Shown here: positions 35,058 to 51,317 of the stretch, piece by piece
How the letters are laid out: every line of letters starts with the position of its first letter
Numbering within the stretch: position 1 is the first letter of the stretch
DNA from: Pseudomonadota bacterium
Lineage (GTDB): Bacteria > Pseudomonadota > Gammaproteobacteria > Burkholderiales > SG8-39
Direction: 5' to 3'
Assembly: GCA_031376265.1 (NCBI GenBank)
Contig: JANMDK010000353.1
Coordinates: 16,193-80,192, forward strand
DNA: 64,000 nt
Position numbers and translations under genes: made by a program
The notes under the pieces: model-generated
Seen by the model: the letters and a program-made list of their open reading frames with translations, nothing else
The model's database searches: none
Told to the model about the DNA's origin: nothing

Positions 35058-36415
35058 TTGCCGATGCAGAAGCGCGAGAAGATCTCCCCGAGCAGGTCGT
35101 CGGCGCTGAATTCGCCTGTAATCGTCGAAAGGGCCTGCTGCGCGAGCCGCAACTCCTCGGCGAAGAATTCCCAGCGGTCCTGCTGTCCGGCCGCAGCGCG
35201 CAGGCGCTCGCTCGCCTCGGCAAGCGCACGCAAGTGCCGCTCGCGCGCCACGAAAAGCGACTCGCCGGAACGATCCCAGCCCGCGGCCTGAAGAATGGCT
35301 TCGCGCAGCGCCTGGATGCCCGCGCCGGTCTTGGCCGAAATGGGGACGTCCTGTGGGCCGGCCTGCGCGGCCCCGGCGGCCTCGCTTACGAGGTCGATCT
35401 TGTTCCAGACGACGATGCGCCTTGCGTCGGCGGGAAACTTCGCGAGGATGGCCTCGTCATCGGGCGTCCTGCCGCTGACCGCGTCGAGCATCATGAGGAC
35501 GAGGTCGGCGCGCCCGAGCTCGTGCCAGGTGCGCTCGATGCCGAGGCGCTCGACTTCGTCGGTCGCGCTTCTAAGCCCCGCCGTGTCGACGAGGTTGAGC
35601 GGCACGCCCTCGATGGAGATCGTTTCGCGCACTGCATCCCGCGTCGTGCCCGGTATCGGCGTGACGATCGCGCGCTCTTCGCCTGCGAGCCGGTTCAGCA
35701 GGCTCGACTTGCCGACGTTCGGCCGGCCGGCAAGAACGACGTTGATTCCGGAACGCAGCAAGCTGCCATGCCGGCTGCTCTTGAAGACGAGTTCGAGTGA
35801 TTCGCGCGTCGCGTCAAGGCGACGGCCCATGTCTTCGCGATGCAACGGATCGACCTCTTCCTCGGGGAAGTCGAGCGTCGCCTCGGTCAGCGCGCGCAAC
35901 TCGGTCAGCTGCGCCACGAGCGCATCAATCGCCGTCGAGAATTCCCCGCTTAGCGAGCGCAATGCGCCGCGCGCCGCCGCCGCCGTGGAAGCTTCGATGA
36001 GATCGGCCACCGCCTCGGCCTGCGCGAGGTCGAGCTTGCCGTTGAGGAAGGCCCGGCGCGTGAATTCGCCGGGCTCGGCTAGTCGCGCGCCGGCGTCAAT
36101 GCAGGCGGCAAGGACGGAAGCGAGCGCTACGGGGCTGCCGTGACCTTGCAGCTCGAGGACAGGCTCGCCGGTATAAGAAGCGGGGGCCGCGAAGTAAACG
36201 GCAATGCCCTCCTCGATTTGCTGGCCGCCCGCATCGCGCATTACGGCGTGCGTTGCCTTGCGCGGAGCCGGCAGCCGGCCGATGAGCGCCCGGGCGATTG
36301 CCGGCGCACCCTGGCCGGAAACGCGGACTACGCCGATGCCCCCCCGGCCGGCCGGCGTGGCGATCGCGGCGATCGTATCGCCGGCGGGTGGTGTGCTTAC
36401 CTCAGCGCTTCCCAT
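35054..36415 (-). CDS. mnmE: tRNA modification GTPase MnmE (TrmE)
   Basis: G-domain [12 protein letters not shown] and DTAG. C-terminal FCIGK. Confidence 0.96.
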   Translation of the reverse strand: MGSAEVSTPPAGDTIAAIATPAGRGGIGVVRVSGQGAPAIARALIGRLPAPRKATHAVMRDAGGQQIEEGIAVYFAAPASYTGEPVLELQGHGSPVALASVLAACIDAGARLAEPGEFTRRAFLNGKLDLAQAEAVADLIEASTAAAARGALRSLSGEFSTAIDALVAQLTELRALTEATLDFPEEEVDPLHREDMGRRLDATRESLELVFKSSRHGSLLRSGINVVLAGRPNVGKSSLLNRLAGEERAIVTPIPGTTRDAVRETISIEGVPLNLVDTAGLRSATDEVERLGIERTWHELGRADLVLMMLDAVSGRTPDDEAILAKFPADARRIVVWNKIDLVSEAAGAAQAGPQDVPISAKTGAGIQALREAILQAAGWDRSGESLFVARERHLRALAEASERLRAAAGQQDRWEFFAEELRLAQQALSTITGEFSADDLLGEIFSRFCIGK

Positions 36416-38084
36416 GGGCAGGTTTGTCGCGCTCGAACATGCGCTGGATCTGCCATTGCTGTGCTATCGAAAGGATGTTGTTGACGAGCCAATAGAGCAC
36501 CAGCCCGGCCGGGAAGAAGAAAAAGAAGATGCTGAACACGAACGGCATGAAGGTCATGACCTTGGCCTGCACCGGGTCAGGCGGCACCGGGTTCAGCTTG
36601 GTCTGGATGACCATCGTGATCGTCATGAGGATCGGCAGCACGTAGTACGGGTCGAGCGCCGAGAGGTCGTGGATCCAGAGCATGAACGGCGCATGGCGCA
36701 GCTCGATCGCCGCCAACAGCACCCAGTAGAGCGCAATGAACACCGGGATCTGCACGAGGATCGGGAAGCAGCCGCCGAGCGGGTTGATCTTCTCGGTCTT
36801 GTACAGCTCCATCATCGCCTGGTTCTGGCGCGCGCGATCGTTGGCGTACATTTCGCGGATCTTGGTGAGGCGAGGCGTGACGAGCTTCATTTTCGCCATC
36901 GATTTGTAGCTGGCCGCGGAAAGCGGGAAGAACACGATCTTGATCGTGACCGTCAGCAGGATGATCGCCACGCCCCAGTTGGCGGTGAAGCCGTGGTATT
37001 TCTCGAGCAGCCAGAACAGCGGCCACGCGATGATCGTCAGCCAGCCGTAGTCGACCACGAGGTCGAAGCCCGGCGCGACCTCCTTCAGCCGGTTCTGCTC
37101 CTGGGGCCCGGCGTAAAGCGGCGCAACGACCTTGCCCGTCGCGCCCGGGGCGATCGACGGTACAGGCAGCACAACGCGCCCGCTATAGACGCCGTCAGGC
37201 CGCTTCTCGATCACGTAGTCGCGCGAGCCCGCAACGGTCGGAACCCAGGCGGCGACGAAGTAGTGCTGCACGAAAGCGATCCAGCCGTCGGTCGCCTGCT
37301 TGGCGTGGTCGACCTTGCCCTTGTCGATGTCTGAATACTGCACTTTCTCGAACTTGCGCTCGGTCGTGTACTCGGCGAAGCCGTTGAAGCTCTGCGCGCC
37401 GAAAGATTGCGCGAGCGAGCTGCCCCCGGCCGGCTGCTTGCCGTCGTGCGTGAGCTGGAAGTACGCATGGGGCGCCACTGCGGTGGCGCCGCCGTTTTTG
37501 ATCTCGAGCGTCACGTCGACGATGTAGCTGTCGCGCTTGAAGGTGTAGACCTTCTCCACCGCCAGGCCGTCCCGGCCTTCTGCCGCGAGCCTCACCTCGA
37601 ACGCGTTCTTGCCGTCGGCAAGCGCGCGCTCGCCGGGCAACACGCGCCAAAGCGTGCGGTGGTTCGGGCCGCCGTCCCCGGTCAGTCCGCTCTGCGCAAC
37701 GTATTGGTGCTCGGGCCCGAGCAGGACGAGGTTCTTCGACTGGTCGTTGGTTTCCTTGTGCTTGAGGAGCTCGAGCCGCGCGATGCTGCCGCCGAGCGTA
37801 TCGATGTCGGCGACGATCAGGTCGGTGCGCGCCTGCACGATCTCGCCCTTGCCCGTCGCTGCGGGCGCGGGCACGCCGGTCGAGGCCACCGGCGCAGGGG
37901 TCGCGGCCGGCGCAGGCGCAGCGCTCGTCGGGGTGGGTACCGCGCCCGGGATGGCTTTGATTTCGCCTGCGGGCTGCACAACGCCGGGTTTGGGTTTCGG
38001 CCGCTGCTCCTTCTCCCATTCGGTCCAGATCAGGAGCAGGGAGAAGCTGAAAACGAAGAAAAGGATGAGTCTTTGGGTATCCAT
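36402..38084 (-). CDS. yidC: membrane protein insertase YidC
   Basis: 560 aa with YidC/Oxa1-like sequence, in the conserved position after yidD. Confidence 0.96.
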   Translation of the reverse strand: MDTQRLILFFVFSFSLLLIWTEWEKEQRPKPKPGVVQPAGEIKAIPGAVPTPTSAAPAPAATPAPVASTGVPAPAATGKGEIVQARTDLIVADIDTLGGSIARLELLKHKETNDQSKNLVLLGPEHQYVAQSGLTGDGGPNHRTLWRVLPGERALADGKNAFEVRLAAEGRDGLAVEKVYTFKRDSYIVDVTLEIKNGGATAVAPHAYFQLTHDGKQPAGGSSLAQSFGAQSFNGFAEYTTERKFEKVQYSDIDKGKVDHAKQATDGWIAFVQHYFVAAWVPTVAGSRDYVIEKRPDGVYSGRVVLPVPSIAPGATGKVVAPLYAGPQEQNRLKEVAPGFDLVVDYGWLTIIAWPLFWLLEKYHGFTANWGVAIILLTVTIKIVFFPLSAASYKSMAKMKLVTPRLTKIREMYANDRARQNQAMMELYKTEKINPLGGCFPILVQIPVFIALYWVLLAAIELRHAPFMLWIHDLSALDPYYVLPILMTITMVIQTKLNPVPPDPVQAKVMTFMPFVFSIFFFFFPAGLVLYWLVNNILSIAQQWQIQRMFERDKPAHGKR

Positions 38085-38090
38085 GGGGCT

Positions 38091-38315
38091 TTAGGATTCG
38101 TTGCGTGCGGGGACTGGGTCGAAGCCCCCGGCATGCCAGGGATGGCAGCACGCGATGCGTTTTGCTGCGAACAGCGAGCCCTTGAATGCGCCGTGGCGGA
38201 GAATCGCCTCGTCGGCATATTCCGAGCAGCTGGGAAAGAATCGGCAGTTCTGCCCGAGCATCGGGCTGATGAAGTATTGGTAACCGCGGATCAGCAAGCG
38301 CAAGGGCGTTTTCAA
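38091..38315 (-). CDS. yidD: membrane protein insertion efficiency factor YidD
   Basis: 74 aa with YQYFISP...[11 protein letters not shown]...CHPW motif. Apparent TTG start. Confidence 0.9.
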   Translation of the reverse strand: MKTPLRLLIRGYQYFISPMLGQNCRFFPSCSEYADEAILRHGAFKGSLFAAKRIACCHPWHAGGFDPVPARNES

Positions 38316-38325
38316 GTGCGAGCTT

Positions 38326-38682
38326 TCACTTAGCCAGTTTTTCCAGGCACGCGCGCAGCGTGCCCACGGTTTGGGTTGAGGTCTTCGCGCCGTACGGCGG
38401 GCGCACCAGCACGTCGAGCGAGCCCAGCGACGCCTGTGACAGCCGGAACGCCTCGCGGATGCAGCGCTTGATGCGGTTGCGGTCGGTGGCCAGCGGGGCG
38501 TGCTTGCGCGAGATCACGATGCCGAGCCGCGCCGGACCTTCGGCGCGCGATGCAAAAAAGAAGGTGAATCCATTCATGCTCCGGCGTGTGCCGCCGCGCA
38601 TCAGCGCTTCGAATTCGGCGCTGGTGAGGATCCGCTTGTCCCTGCCGAACCTGCCTTGGCGCGCGGCGCCGGCCCCGGGCAC
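38326..38682 (-). CDS. rnpA: RNase P protein component
   Basis: 118-aa basic protein directly downstream of rpmH. GTG start; the exact start is uncertain. Confidence 0.9.
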   Translation of the reverse strand: MPGAGAARQGRFGRDKRILTSAEFEALMRGGTRRSMNGFTFFFASRAEGPARLGIVISRKHAPLATDRNRIKRCIREAFRLSQASLGSLDVLVRPPYGAKTSTQTVGTLRACLEKLAK

Positions 38683-38704
38683 TCGAAAAGGGCGATCCCC
38701 GCCG

Positions 38705-38839
38705 TCAGACGGCCAGGCGCACGCGTCCGCGCGCGCGGCGGGCGTTGATCACCGCACGTCCGCCCGGGGTCTTCATGCGGGCTCGAAATCCGTGGGTGCG
38801 CGTGCGGCGCGTTTTGGAGGGTTGGTAGGTTCGCTTCAT
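38705..38839 (-). CDS. rpmH: 50S ribosomal protein L34
   Basis: Hand-translated 44 aa: [44 protein letters not shown]. Missing from the ORF track because it is shorter than 60 aa. Confidence 0.97.
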   Translation of the reverse strand: MKRTYQPSKTRRTRTHGFRARMKTPGGRAVINARRARGRVRLAV

Positions 38840-38866
38840 GACTGCCTCTGGCGCAAAAAGGCGCGT

Positions 38867-38895
38867 ATTACACGCTGTAGCTAAACCCTTGTCAA
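38867..38895 (-). promoter_or_regulatory. putative sigma70 promoter of rpmH-rnpA-yidD-yidC-mnmE
   Basis: On the minus strand: TTGACA (38895-38890), 17-nt spacer, TGTAAT (38872-38867). Motif-based only. Confidence 0.5.
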
Positions 38896-38921
38896 ATTTC
38901 CCGGATTATTGTGTCCAAGCC

Positions 38922-38930
38922 TGTGGATAA
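38922..38930. promoter_or_regulatory. consensus DnaA box upstream of dnaA
   Basis: TGTGGATAA is the exact reverse complement of TTATCCACA. It overlaps the -35 of a candidate dnaA promoter: TGGATA (38924-38929), 17-nt spacer, TAGAAT (38947-38952). Confidence 0.7.
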
Positions 38931-39031
38931 CTCGTCCCGGAAAGGGTAGAATCCGGGCTACTAGAAAGGCGCGTTTCCGGGCCTCGAAAGACCCCTCCAA
39001 AGCGCGCCGCGGACAGACCGAAAAGCTATCG

Positions 39032-40384
39032 ATGCAGAACCTCTGGGATGCCTGTTTACGCCGCCTCGAACGCGAGCTCCCGGCCCAGCAATTCAATACC
39101 TGGATCCGCCCCCTGTCTGTTGACGGGAGCGCCTCGGATCCCGGCAGCCTGACCCTAGCCGCCCCCAACCGCTTTGTCCTAGAACTGGTGCGTGAACGCT
39201 TTTCCGGCCGCATCGAGAAGCTGTTTTCGGAAGAAGGGCTCGGCGCCCTTTCGCTCAGGCTGGTGCTCGCGAGGGGGGCCGACGGCGTCGCCCGCGCAAC
39301 CCCCGTGGCCCTGCCCCAGGCCGCTCCCGTCGTGCCCGTGGCCAAGGTGCCCCAGACGCTCGAGCGCGCACGGCTGAACCCGGGCTTCACCTTCGACAGT
39401 TTCGTGACCGGCAAGGCGAACCAGCTGGCCCGGGCCGCAGCCATCCAGGTCTCCGAAAACCCCGGCATCTCTTACAACCCGCTCTTTGTATATGGGGGCG
39501 TCGGCCTCGGCAAAACTCACCTGGTGCAGGCGATCGGCAACTTCGTGGCCGCGCAGCGCCCGGACGCGAAGATCCGCTACATCCATGCCGAGCAGTACGT
39601 GACCGACGTGGTCCGCGCCTACCAGCAGAAGTCGTTCGACGAGTTCAAGCGCTATTACCATTCGCTCGACCTGCTGCTGATCGACGACATCCAGTTCTTC
39701 TCCAACAAGGGCCGCACGCAGGAGGAGTTCTTCTACGCGTTCAACGCGCTGGTCGAGGCGCACAAGCAGATCGTCATCACCTGCGACACCTACCCGAAGG
39801 AAATCTCGGGCATGGAGGAGCGCCTGATCTCGCGTTTCGGCTGGGGGCTCACCGTGGCGATCGAGCCGCCGGAGCTCGAGATGCGCGTCGCGATCGTGCT
39901 CAAGAAAGCCGAGGCCGAGTCGATCGTCCTGTCCGAGGACATCGCCTTCTTCATTGCCAAGCACATCCGCTCGAACGTGCGGGAGCTCGAAGGCGCGCTC
40001 AAGAAAGTCCTCGCCTTCTCCCGCTTCAACGCGCGCGAGCTAACGCTTGACCTCGCCAAGGACGCGTTGCGCGACATCCTCAATGTGGCCAACCGCCAGA
40101 TCACGGTAGAGAACATTCAGAAAACCGTCGCCGAATTCTTCAAGCTGAAGATCTCCGACATGCACTCCAAGAAGCGCAGCCGCAACGTGGCGCGACCGCG
40201 GCAGGTGGCAATGGCACTGGCCAAGGACCTCACGCAGATGAGCCTGCCGGAAATCGGCGAAGCCTTTGGCAACCGAGACCACACCACGGTCCTCCATGCC
40301 TGCCGCACGATCGCCAGCCTTCGCAAGCAGGATGCAGTCATTAACCGCGACTACCTGGTCCTTGAGCAGGTACTGAAGGGATGA
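39032..40384 (+). CDS. dnaA: chromosomal replication initiator protein DnaA
   Basis: Start MQNLWDACL at 39032. Walker [11 protein letters not shown], Walker [10 protein letters not shown], and the C-terminal DNA-binding segment [23 protein letters not shown]. Confidence 0.97.
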   Translation: MQNLWDACLRRLERELPAQQFNTWIRPLSVDGSASDPGSLTLAAPNRFVLELVRERFSGRIEKLFSEEGLGALSLRLVLARGADGVARATPVALPQAAPVVPVAKVPQTLERARLNPGFTFDSFVTGKANQLARAAAIQVSENPGISYNPLFVYGGVGLGKTHLVQAIGNFVAAQRPDAKIRYIHAEQYVTDVVRAYQQKSFDEFKRYYHSLDLLLIDDIQFFSNKGRTQEEFFYAFNALVEAHKQIVITCDTYPKEISGMEERLISRFGWGLTVAIEPPELEMRVAIVLKKAEAESIVLSEDIAFFIAKHIRSNVRELEGALKKVLAFSRFNARELTLDLAKDALRDILNVANRQITVENIQKTVAEFFKLKISDMHSKKRSRNVARPRQVAMALAKDLTQMSLPEIGEAFGNRDHTTVLHACRTIASLRKQDAVINRDYLVLEQVLKG

Positions 40385-40425
40385 ATGCGGGGATGAATGC
40401 GGGGATGAATGCGAGGATGACCGCG
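40378..40425. repeat. 12-bp tandem repeat straddling the dnaA stop codon
   Basis: GGGATGAATGCG occurs 3 times perfectly (40378-40413), followed by a degenerate 4th unit AGGATGACCGCG. Confidence 0.9.
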
Positions 40426-40483
40426 GGGACTGGAACGGAGGTTGGGCTCGCGCTTGAAAGCTGTGCAGCGCTTGCGTACAGAT

Positions 40484-40655
40484 TGTGGGTAACTCGGCTC
40501 GCGGGCGAAACCCGAAAAGTTATGCAAAACGATGCACAGGCAATGCACAGGCCGTTTTCGGCACTGCGGACCGCGCAAGGTGCTGCATCGAGAGGGCTTT
40601 TCGTCTTATCCCCACGAGTTATGCCCTCTATCTATTATTACCAAGGATAAATAAG
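40484..40655. other. candidate oriC element: DnaA-box-like cluster plus AT-rich tract in the dnaA-dnaN spacer
   Basis: TGTGGGTAA (40484-40492, 8/9). TTATGCAAA (40520-40528, 7/9). ATGCACAGGC twice at 11-bp period (40532-40552). TTATCCCCA (40606-40614, 8/9). AT-rich CTCTATCTATTATTACCAAGGATAAATAAG (40626-40655). Assignment is by motif and context only. Confidence 0.4.
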
Positions 40656-46909
<6,254 letters not shown>

Positions 46910-46996
46910 TTGCCTGCCTTGGAAGGGGGCAGATGATAAGCGCAACCGCGGGCGAATGACAACCGACCGCTTCACACTAAGCTCGCGTGCGCGCGA

Positions 46997-47455
46997 TCAG
47001 TTCGGCAGGCGATTCTCCGCGGGCTCGAGCAATTCCCCGGCCATGAGCCGGCTCGCGGGCGTTTCGAGATTCCACAGCACCATCAATACAATAAGCTTGA
47101 GTTGCTCGAGCGACAGCGTGCGTCCCGAGGCCGCCATCGCCCGGTCGATCACGAGCTCGCGCAGCACCGGGTCGAGCACGCCGATATCCTCCAGGCGGAT
47201 GACGAGACCGCGGCAAGCCGCGTCGAGTTTGGCGCACTCCTTCGGCGCATAGGCGCGGATTGCCCGCGTCGACGCGGGCAGCGCAGCGAGCTTTCGATGC
47301 GGCGCGTGCAGTACGCCCGCGAGCCACGACAGGGCCTCGCTGATCTCCGACTCCTCGAACCCGGCGGCCGAAAGCTTCTTCGCGATCAGTTCGTTATCTT
47401 CCGAGAGGTCGGCGCGGTGGCAGTTCTCGAACAGGTAGACAAAGATGTCGTACAT
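46997..47455 (-). CDS. smg: Smg (DUF494) protein
   Basis: 152 aa. MYDIFVYLFEN N-terminus and the conserved dprA-smg-topoisomerase position. Confidence 0.9.
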   Translation of the reverse strand: MYDIFVYLFENCHRADLSEDNELIAKKLSAAGFEESEISEALSWLAGVLHAPHRKLAALPASTRAIRAYAPKECAKLDAACRGLVIRLEDIGVLDPVLRELVIDRAMAASGRTLSLEQLKLIVLMVLWNLETPASRLMAGELLEPAENRLPN

Positions 47456-47473
47456 GGCGTTTTTTCTTCTTTT

Positions 47474-48547
47474 TCAGGTGAGGCGTTGATAACGCCCGCC
47501 GGGCAGTGTCGCCACCAGCCCGTCGAGCTCCAGTCTAAGCAGTTCTGCGGCAATCCTTTCCGCGGGAAGCCCGGCCCGCGCGCACAGCGCGTCGATGTCC
47601 ACCGGGTCGAATCCCATGTGCTCGAGCAGCCCGCCGGCTGCTCCGAGCTGCGCCGGCAGCGTGGAGGCGTAGCGCCAGTTGCCGAGTTCGGCAAGCACGT
47701 CCTGGGCCGAATCGACGAGCTTGGCGCCGTCCTTAATGAGGGCGTGGCAGCCCTTGGAAAGGGGCGAGTGAATCGAGCCGGGAATCGCGAACACTTCGCG
47801 GCCCTGTTCGGTCGCCAGCCGCGCCGTGATCAGCGAGCCGCTGTCCAGCGCGGCCTCGACGACCAGGCACCCGCGCGCGAGGCCGCTGATCAGCCGGTTG
47901 CGGCGCGGGAAATTGTGGCCGATCGAAGGCGTGCCGACCGGGTATTCGCTCAGCAGCAAGCCGCTTTCGGCGACCTGCCTGAAAAGAGGCGCGTTCGATT
48001 GCGGGTAGACGATGTCAATCCCGGTGCCGAGCACCGCGATCGTCGAGCCTTCGCCCGCGAGTCCGCCGCGATGCGCGGCGGCGTCGATGCCCAGCGCGAG
48101 ACCGCTAACGATGGTGAGGCCGCCCTGGCTGAAGGCCTTCGCGAAGGCTTCGGCGTTCCGCTGGCCCTGCGCGGTGCCATTGCGGCTGCCGACGATGGCG
48201 AGGGCGCTTCTTTCGAGGAGGCTGACTTCGCCGTCTGCGTAAAGCAGCGGCGGCGGGTCGGCGATTTCCAGCAGCAGTCGCGGATAAGTGGCGTCAGCGA
48301 GGGTGATGATCTGGTGGCGGGGTTTAGAAGCCCACTCCAGCGCGCGCTCGACGGCCGCTGAGGCAACGCCTTTGACTAGTGCGGTCGCAGCCTCGGTACC
48401 CGCCTGGCGGGCCAGCGCGGCGCGGTCGGCTGCAAGGACATTCTCGGGAAGGCCGAACTCTTTGAGGAGCCGGCGGATTGTCGCGGCGCCGAGGCCCGGC
48501 GTGAGGCAGAGAGTCAACCACGCTTCGAGCCCCTGGCCGCGCGTCAT
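47474..48547 (-). CDS. dprA: DNA-protecting protein DprA (Smf)
   Basis: 357 aa. AIVGSRNGTAQG and VSGLALGIDAAAHRGGL motifs. Confidence 0.93.
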   Translation of the reverse strand: MTRGQGLEAWLTLCLTPGLGAATIRRLLKEFGLPENVLAADRAALARQAGTEAATALVKGVASAAVERALEWASKPRHQIITLADATYPRLLLEIADPPPLLYADGEVSLLERSALAIVGSRNGTAQGQRNAEAFAKAFSQGGLTIVSGLALGIDAAAHRGGLAGEGSTIAVLGTGIDIVYPQSNAPLFRQVAESGLLLSEYPVGTPSIGHNFPRRNRLISGLARGCLVVEAALDSGSLITARLATEQGREVFAIPGSIHSPLSKGCHALIKDGAKLVDSAQDVLAELGNWRYASTLPAQLGAAGGLLEHMGFDPVDIDALCARAGLPAERIAAELLRLELDGLVATLPGGRYQRLT

Positions 48548-48574
48548 CCGGGCGGGCGCAGGCGCGAGGGCCGG

Positions 48575-49648
48575 TCAGGGCGTCTGGACGACATCCAGCG
48601 GGTTGACCGGTCGGGACACATCCATGACCAGGGCATAGGACACCCGATCGAAGACGCGAAAAACGAACACGAGGCCGTAGCGCTCGTCCGGCACGCGCAT
48701 CCCGGTCATCGAGGTCTTTTCGATGCTGCCGGACATATCGCGCTTCTGGCCAACGACCGCCCCCAAACGCAGCAGCGCGAGGACGTGGCCGACCTCGATC
48801 CCGTCGGCGCGTCCCCGGTTGAGCGTGACGACCGAATTGCGGCTGCCTTCGCCCACGGTGCCGACGCCGCCATAGATCGACATCACGCGGCCGGAGATTT
48901 TCGCGGTTGGCGAATGCGGCGCGTAGTTCGGGATCAGCGGCGAGCCGGCGGCCACCAGGCGGTCGCCCTTGGTGATTTCCTGGTTGGCGGCAATGATCTC
49001 GATCGTCGAAGGCTCGCCGGCCTTGCGCACGCGAGCCGAGCCGAGGAACGTGGCTTCGTAACCGACGGTCAGGTTGGTGTCCGGATCAACGAGCGCCTTG
49101 CCGCGCCGGTAGATATGCCAGGTTTCTTCCTTGGCATTCGAAAGCCCGCGCGCATACGCGACGTTGCCCGCGCCGAGGATTACGCGGTTTTCCTCGGTGG
49201 CGATGATTTCTGGCGCGTTATCCAGGCCATTGGGCTCCACCACCAGCGGCCGGGTCAGGTACGGCTCGATCAGGCTGGGAGGAATGCTGGGAATTTCCCG
49301 CGTGGCCGAAGACTCCGCGCGCACTTGCGGCGAAAGCTTGATCGTCTCGGTCGGCATGATCGCGAGCTGGCCGCGGTTGCGGTCGAGCACGAGCACGTCG
49401 CCCGGGTAAATGCGATGCGGGCTCCGCAGCGTTTCGCGGTTCATTTCCCAGAGCTCGGGCCAGCGTTGCGGCGCATCCAGGTAGCGCTGGGCGATCGACC
49501 AGAGGGTGTCGCCCTGGACCACCACGTACCGGTCCGGTGCACTGGCCTTCAAATCGGCCGCAGGAACCTGCGCCAAGGCCTCGCCGAGCAGCCCGGAACA
49601 GGCAACAAAAGCGAGCGTTGTGATAGACTTACGCAACTGAAACAGCAT
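48575..49648 (-). CDS. LysM domain-containing periplasmic protein
   Basis: Start ATG 49648. Signal peptide, then LysM YVVVQGDTLWSIAQRYL. Conserved position divergent from def. Confidence 0.85.
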   Translation of the reverse strand: MLFQLRKSITTLAFVACSGLLGEALAQVPAADLKASAPDRYVVVQGDTLWSIAQRYLDAPQRWPELWEMNRETLRSPHRIYPGDVLVLDRNRGQLAIMPTETIKLSPQVRAESSATREIPSIPPSLIEPYLTRPLVVEPNGLDNAPEIIATEENRVILGAGNVAYARGLSNAKEETWHIYRRGKALVDPDTNLTVGYEATFLGSARVRKAGEPSTIEIIAANQEITKGDRLVAAGSPLIPNYAPHSPTAKISGRVMSIYGGVGTVGEGSRNSVVTLNRGRADGIEVGHVLALLRLGAVVGQKRDMSGSIEKTSMTGMRVPDERYGLVFVFRVFDRVSYALVMDVSRPVNPLDVVQTP

Positions 49649-49794
49649 GGAGCCCCCGTCGTCCGGTCGGCTGGTAAAACCTGCTTGATAAACCCGATTA
49701 CGACCCAAATTTAGCATAACGCCGCAGCAAGTTACACGCTGCATTAGATTGTGTATGTAAATTGCTCTGTCAGCAAGCTTATTTCCACTTACCC

Positions 49795-50298
49795 ATGTCG
49801 ATCCTCCATATCCTGCGCTACCCGGACGCCCGCCTCCACAAGGTGGCCGCGCCGGTCACCGTTTTCGACGCTTCCCTTAAAAAGCTGGTCGCCGACCTGA
49901 CCGAGACCATGTACGCAGCCCCCGGCGTCGGGCTTGCTGCGACCCAGGTCGACGTCCACAAGCAGGTCATCGTGGTCGACGTGTCCGAGCGGAGGGATTC
50001 GCTGATCACCCTGGTAAACCCGGAAATCATCGAAAGCTTCGGCGAATCCGACATCGAGGAAGGCTGCCTGTCGGTGCCCGCAATCTACGACACGGTGCCG
50101 CGCGCCGAGCGGGTCAAGGTGCGCGCCTGGGATGCCAACGGCAACGCGTTTACGCTCGAGGCGCAGGGGCTGCTGGCGGTCTGCATCCAGCACGAAATGG
50201 ATCACCTGCAGGGCAAGGTGTTCGTCGAATACCTCTCCCAGCTCAAGCAAACCCGCGTGCGCGCGAGGCTCGCCAAGCAACTCAGGAAGAGCGCCTAA
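49795..50298 (+). CDS. def: peptide deformylase
   Basis: Motifs [16 protein letters not shown] and QHEMDHL. Start MSILHIL at 49795. Confidence 0.96.
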   Translation: MSILHILRYPDARLHKVAAPVTVFDASLKKLVADLTETMYAAPGVGLAATQVDVHKQVIVVDVSERRDSLITLVNPEIIESFGESDIEEGCLSVPAIYDTVPRAERVKVRAWDANGNAFTLEAQGLLAVCIQHEMDHLQGKVFVEYLSQLKQTRVRARLAKQLRKSA

Positions 50299-50390
50299 GT
50301 CTTCGTCAGGCGGCACCTTCGTCTCGCCCCGGCCCGGCCGGGCGTGCTCACCGGTCGCGGGCCGTAGCGATCAACTCTTAGGGCTTTCCG

Positions 50391-51317
50391 ATGCGCCTCG
50401 TTTTTGCCGGCACGCCTGTCTTTGCGGACCGTGCCCTGGCCGCGCTGCTCGCTGAGGGGCACGAAATTATGTCAGTGCTCACTCAGCCGGACCGCAAGTC
50501 TGGACGTGGACTTCAGTTGTTGCCCAGTCCCGTCAAGGCGCTAGCGCTAAAGCACGGTCTCGAGGTCCTGCAGCCCGCCAAGTTCAGTGATGGCGACACC
50601 GTCGGGCACCTCCGGGCACTGCAACCTGAAATGCTCGTGGTGGCGGCTTATGGCCTGATCCTGCCCCAGTCCGGGCTGGACGTCGCGCGGCATGGCGCGA
50701 TCAACATTCACGCCTCGATGTTGCCGCGCTGGCGGGGCGCTGCCCCGATCCATCGCGCCATCCTCGCCGGGGACGAGGAGACAGGCATCACGCTAATGCG
50801 CATGGACGCCGGCCTCGATACCGGCGCGATGCTTGTGCAAAAGAGCATCGGCATCGCCGCGGACGAGACGACCGGTTCCCTTCACGATCGCCTCGCCGCG
50901 CTCGGAGCGCAAATGATCGCGGACCTGGTGCGTCGTCCGGAAGACGCACAGGCGATTGCGCAGCCGGCCGAGGGCGTCACCTATGCGCGCAAGATCGAGA
51001 AAAGCGAGAGCGTGCTCGACTGGCGTAAGCCCGCCCGCGTTCTCGAGCGCGAGGTGCGCGCATTCAATCCCGCGCCGGGCGCACGCGCGACGATCGATGC
51101 AACGGACCTCAGGATCTGGCGCTCGCATTGCATCGATCACATTGGCGACCCCGGCCGGGTGCAGCGCGCAGACGACGATGGCATCGTCGTTGCCTGTGGC
51201 GAAGGCGCGCTAGTACTCACCGAATTGCAGCGTGCCGGCGGCAAGCGTCTCGGCGCGCGCGACTTCCTGCGCGGGCACCCGATCGCAACGGGCGATCGTT
51301 TTGCACTGCCCGCCTGA
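50391..51317 (+). CDS. fmt: methionyl-tRNA formyltransferase
   Basis: 308 aa. INIHASMLPRWRGAAPI motif. Confidence 0.96.
   Translation: MRLVFAGTPVFADRALAALLAEGHEIMSVLTQPDRKSGRGLQLLPSPVKALALKHGLEVLQPAKFSDGDTVGHLRALQPEMLVVAAYGLILPQSGLDVARHGAINIHASMLPRWRGAAPIHRAILAGDEETGITLMRMDAGLDTGAMLVQKSIGIAADETTGSLHDRLAALGAQMIADLVRRPEDAQAIAQPAEGVTYARKIEKSESVLDWRKPARVLEREVRAFNPAPGARATIDATDLRIWRSHCIDHIGDPGRVQRADDDGIVVACGEGALVLTELQRAGGKRLGARDFLRGHPIATGDRFALPA

Noticed and set aside
40378-40425. The 12-bp repeats as a CRISPR array or plasmid-type iterons
   Set aside because: The units are directly abutting with no spacers, far shorter than CRISPR repeats, and no cas or rep genes are nearby.
40381-40650. 89-aa ORF ([16 protein letters not shown]...) covering the dnaA-dnaN spacer, and the opposite-strand 75-aa ORF (40351-40578) ending in [14 protein letters not shown]
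   Set aside because: The repetitive peptides are simply translations of the 12-bp tandem repeat. There is no RBS, and the region is better explained as non-coding origin or regulatory DNA.
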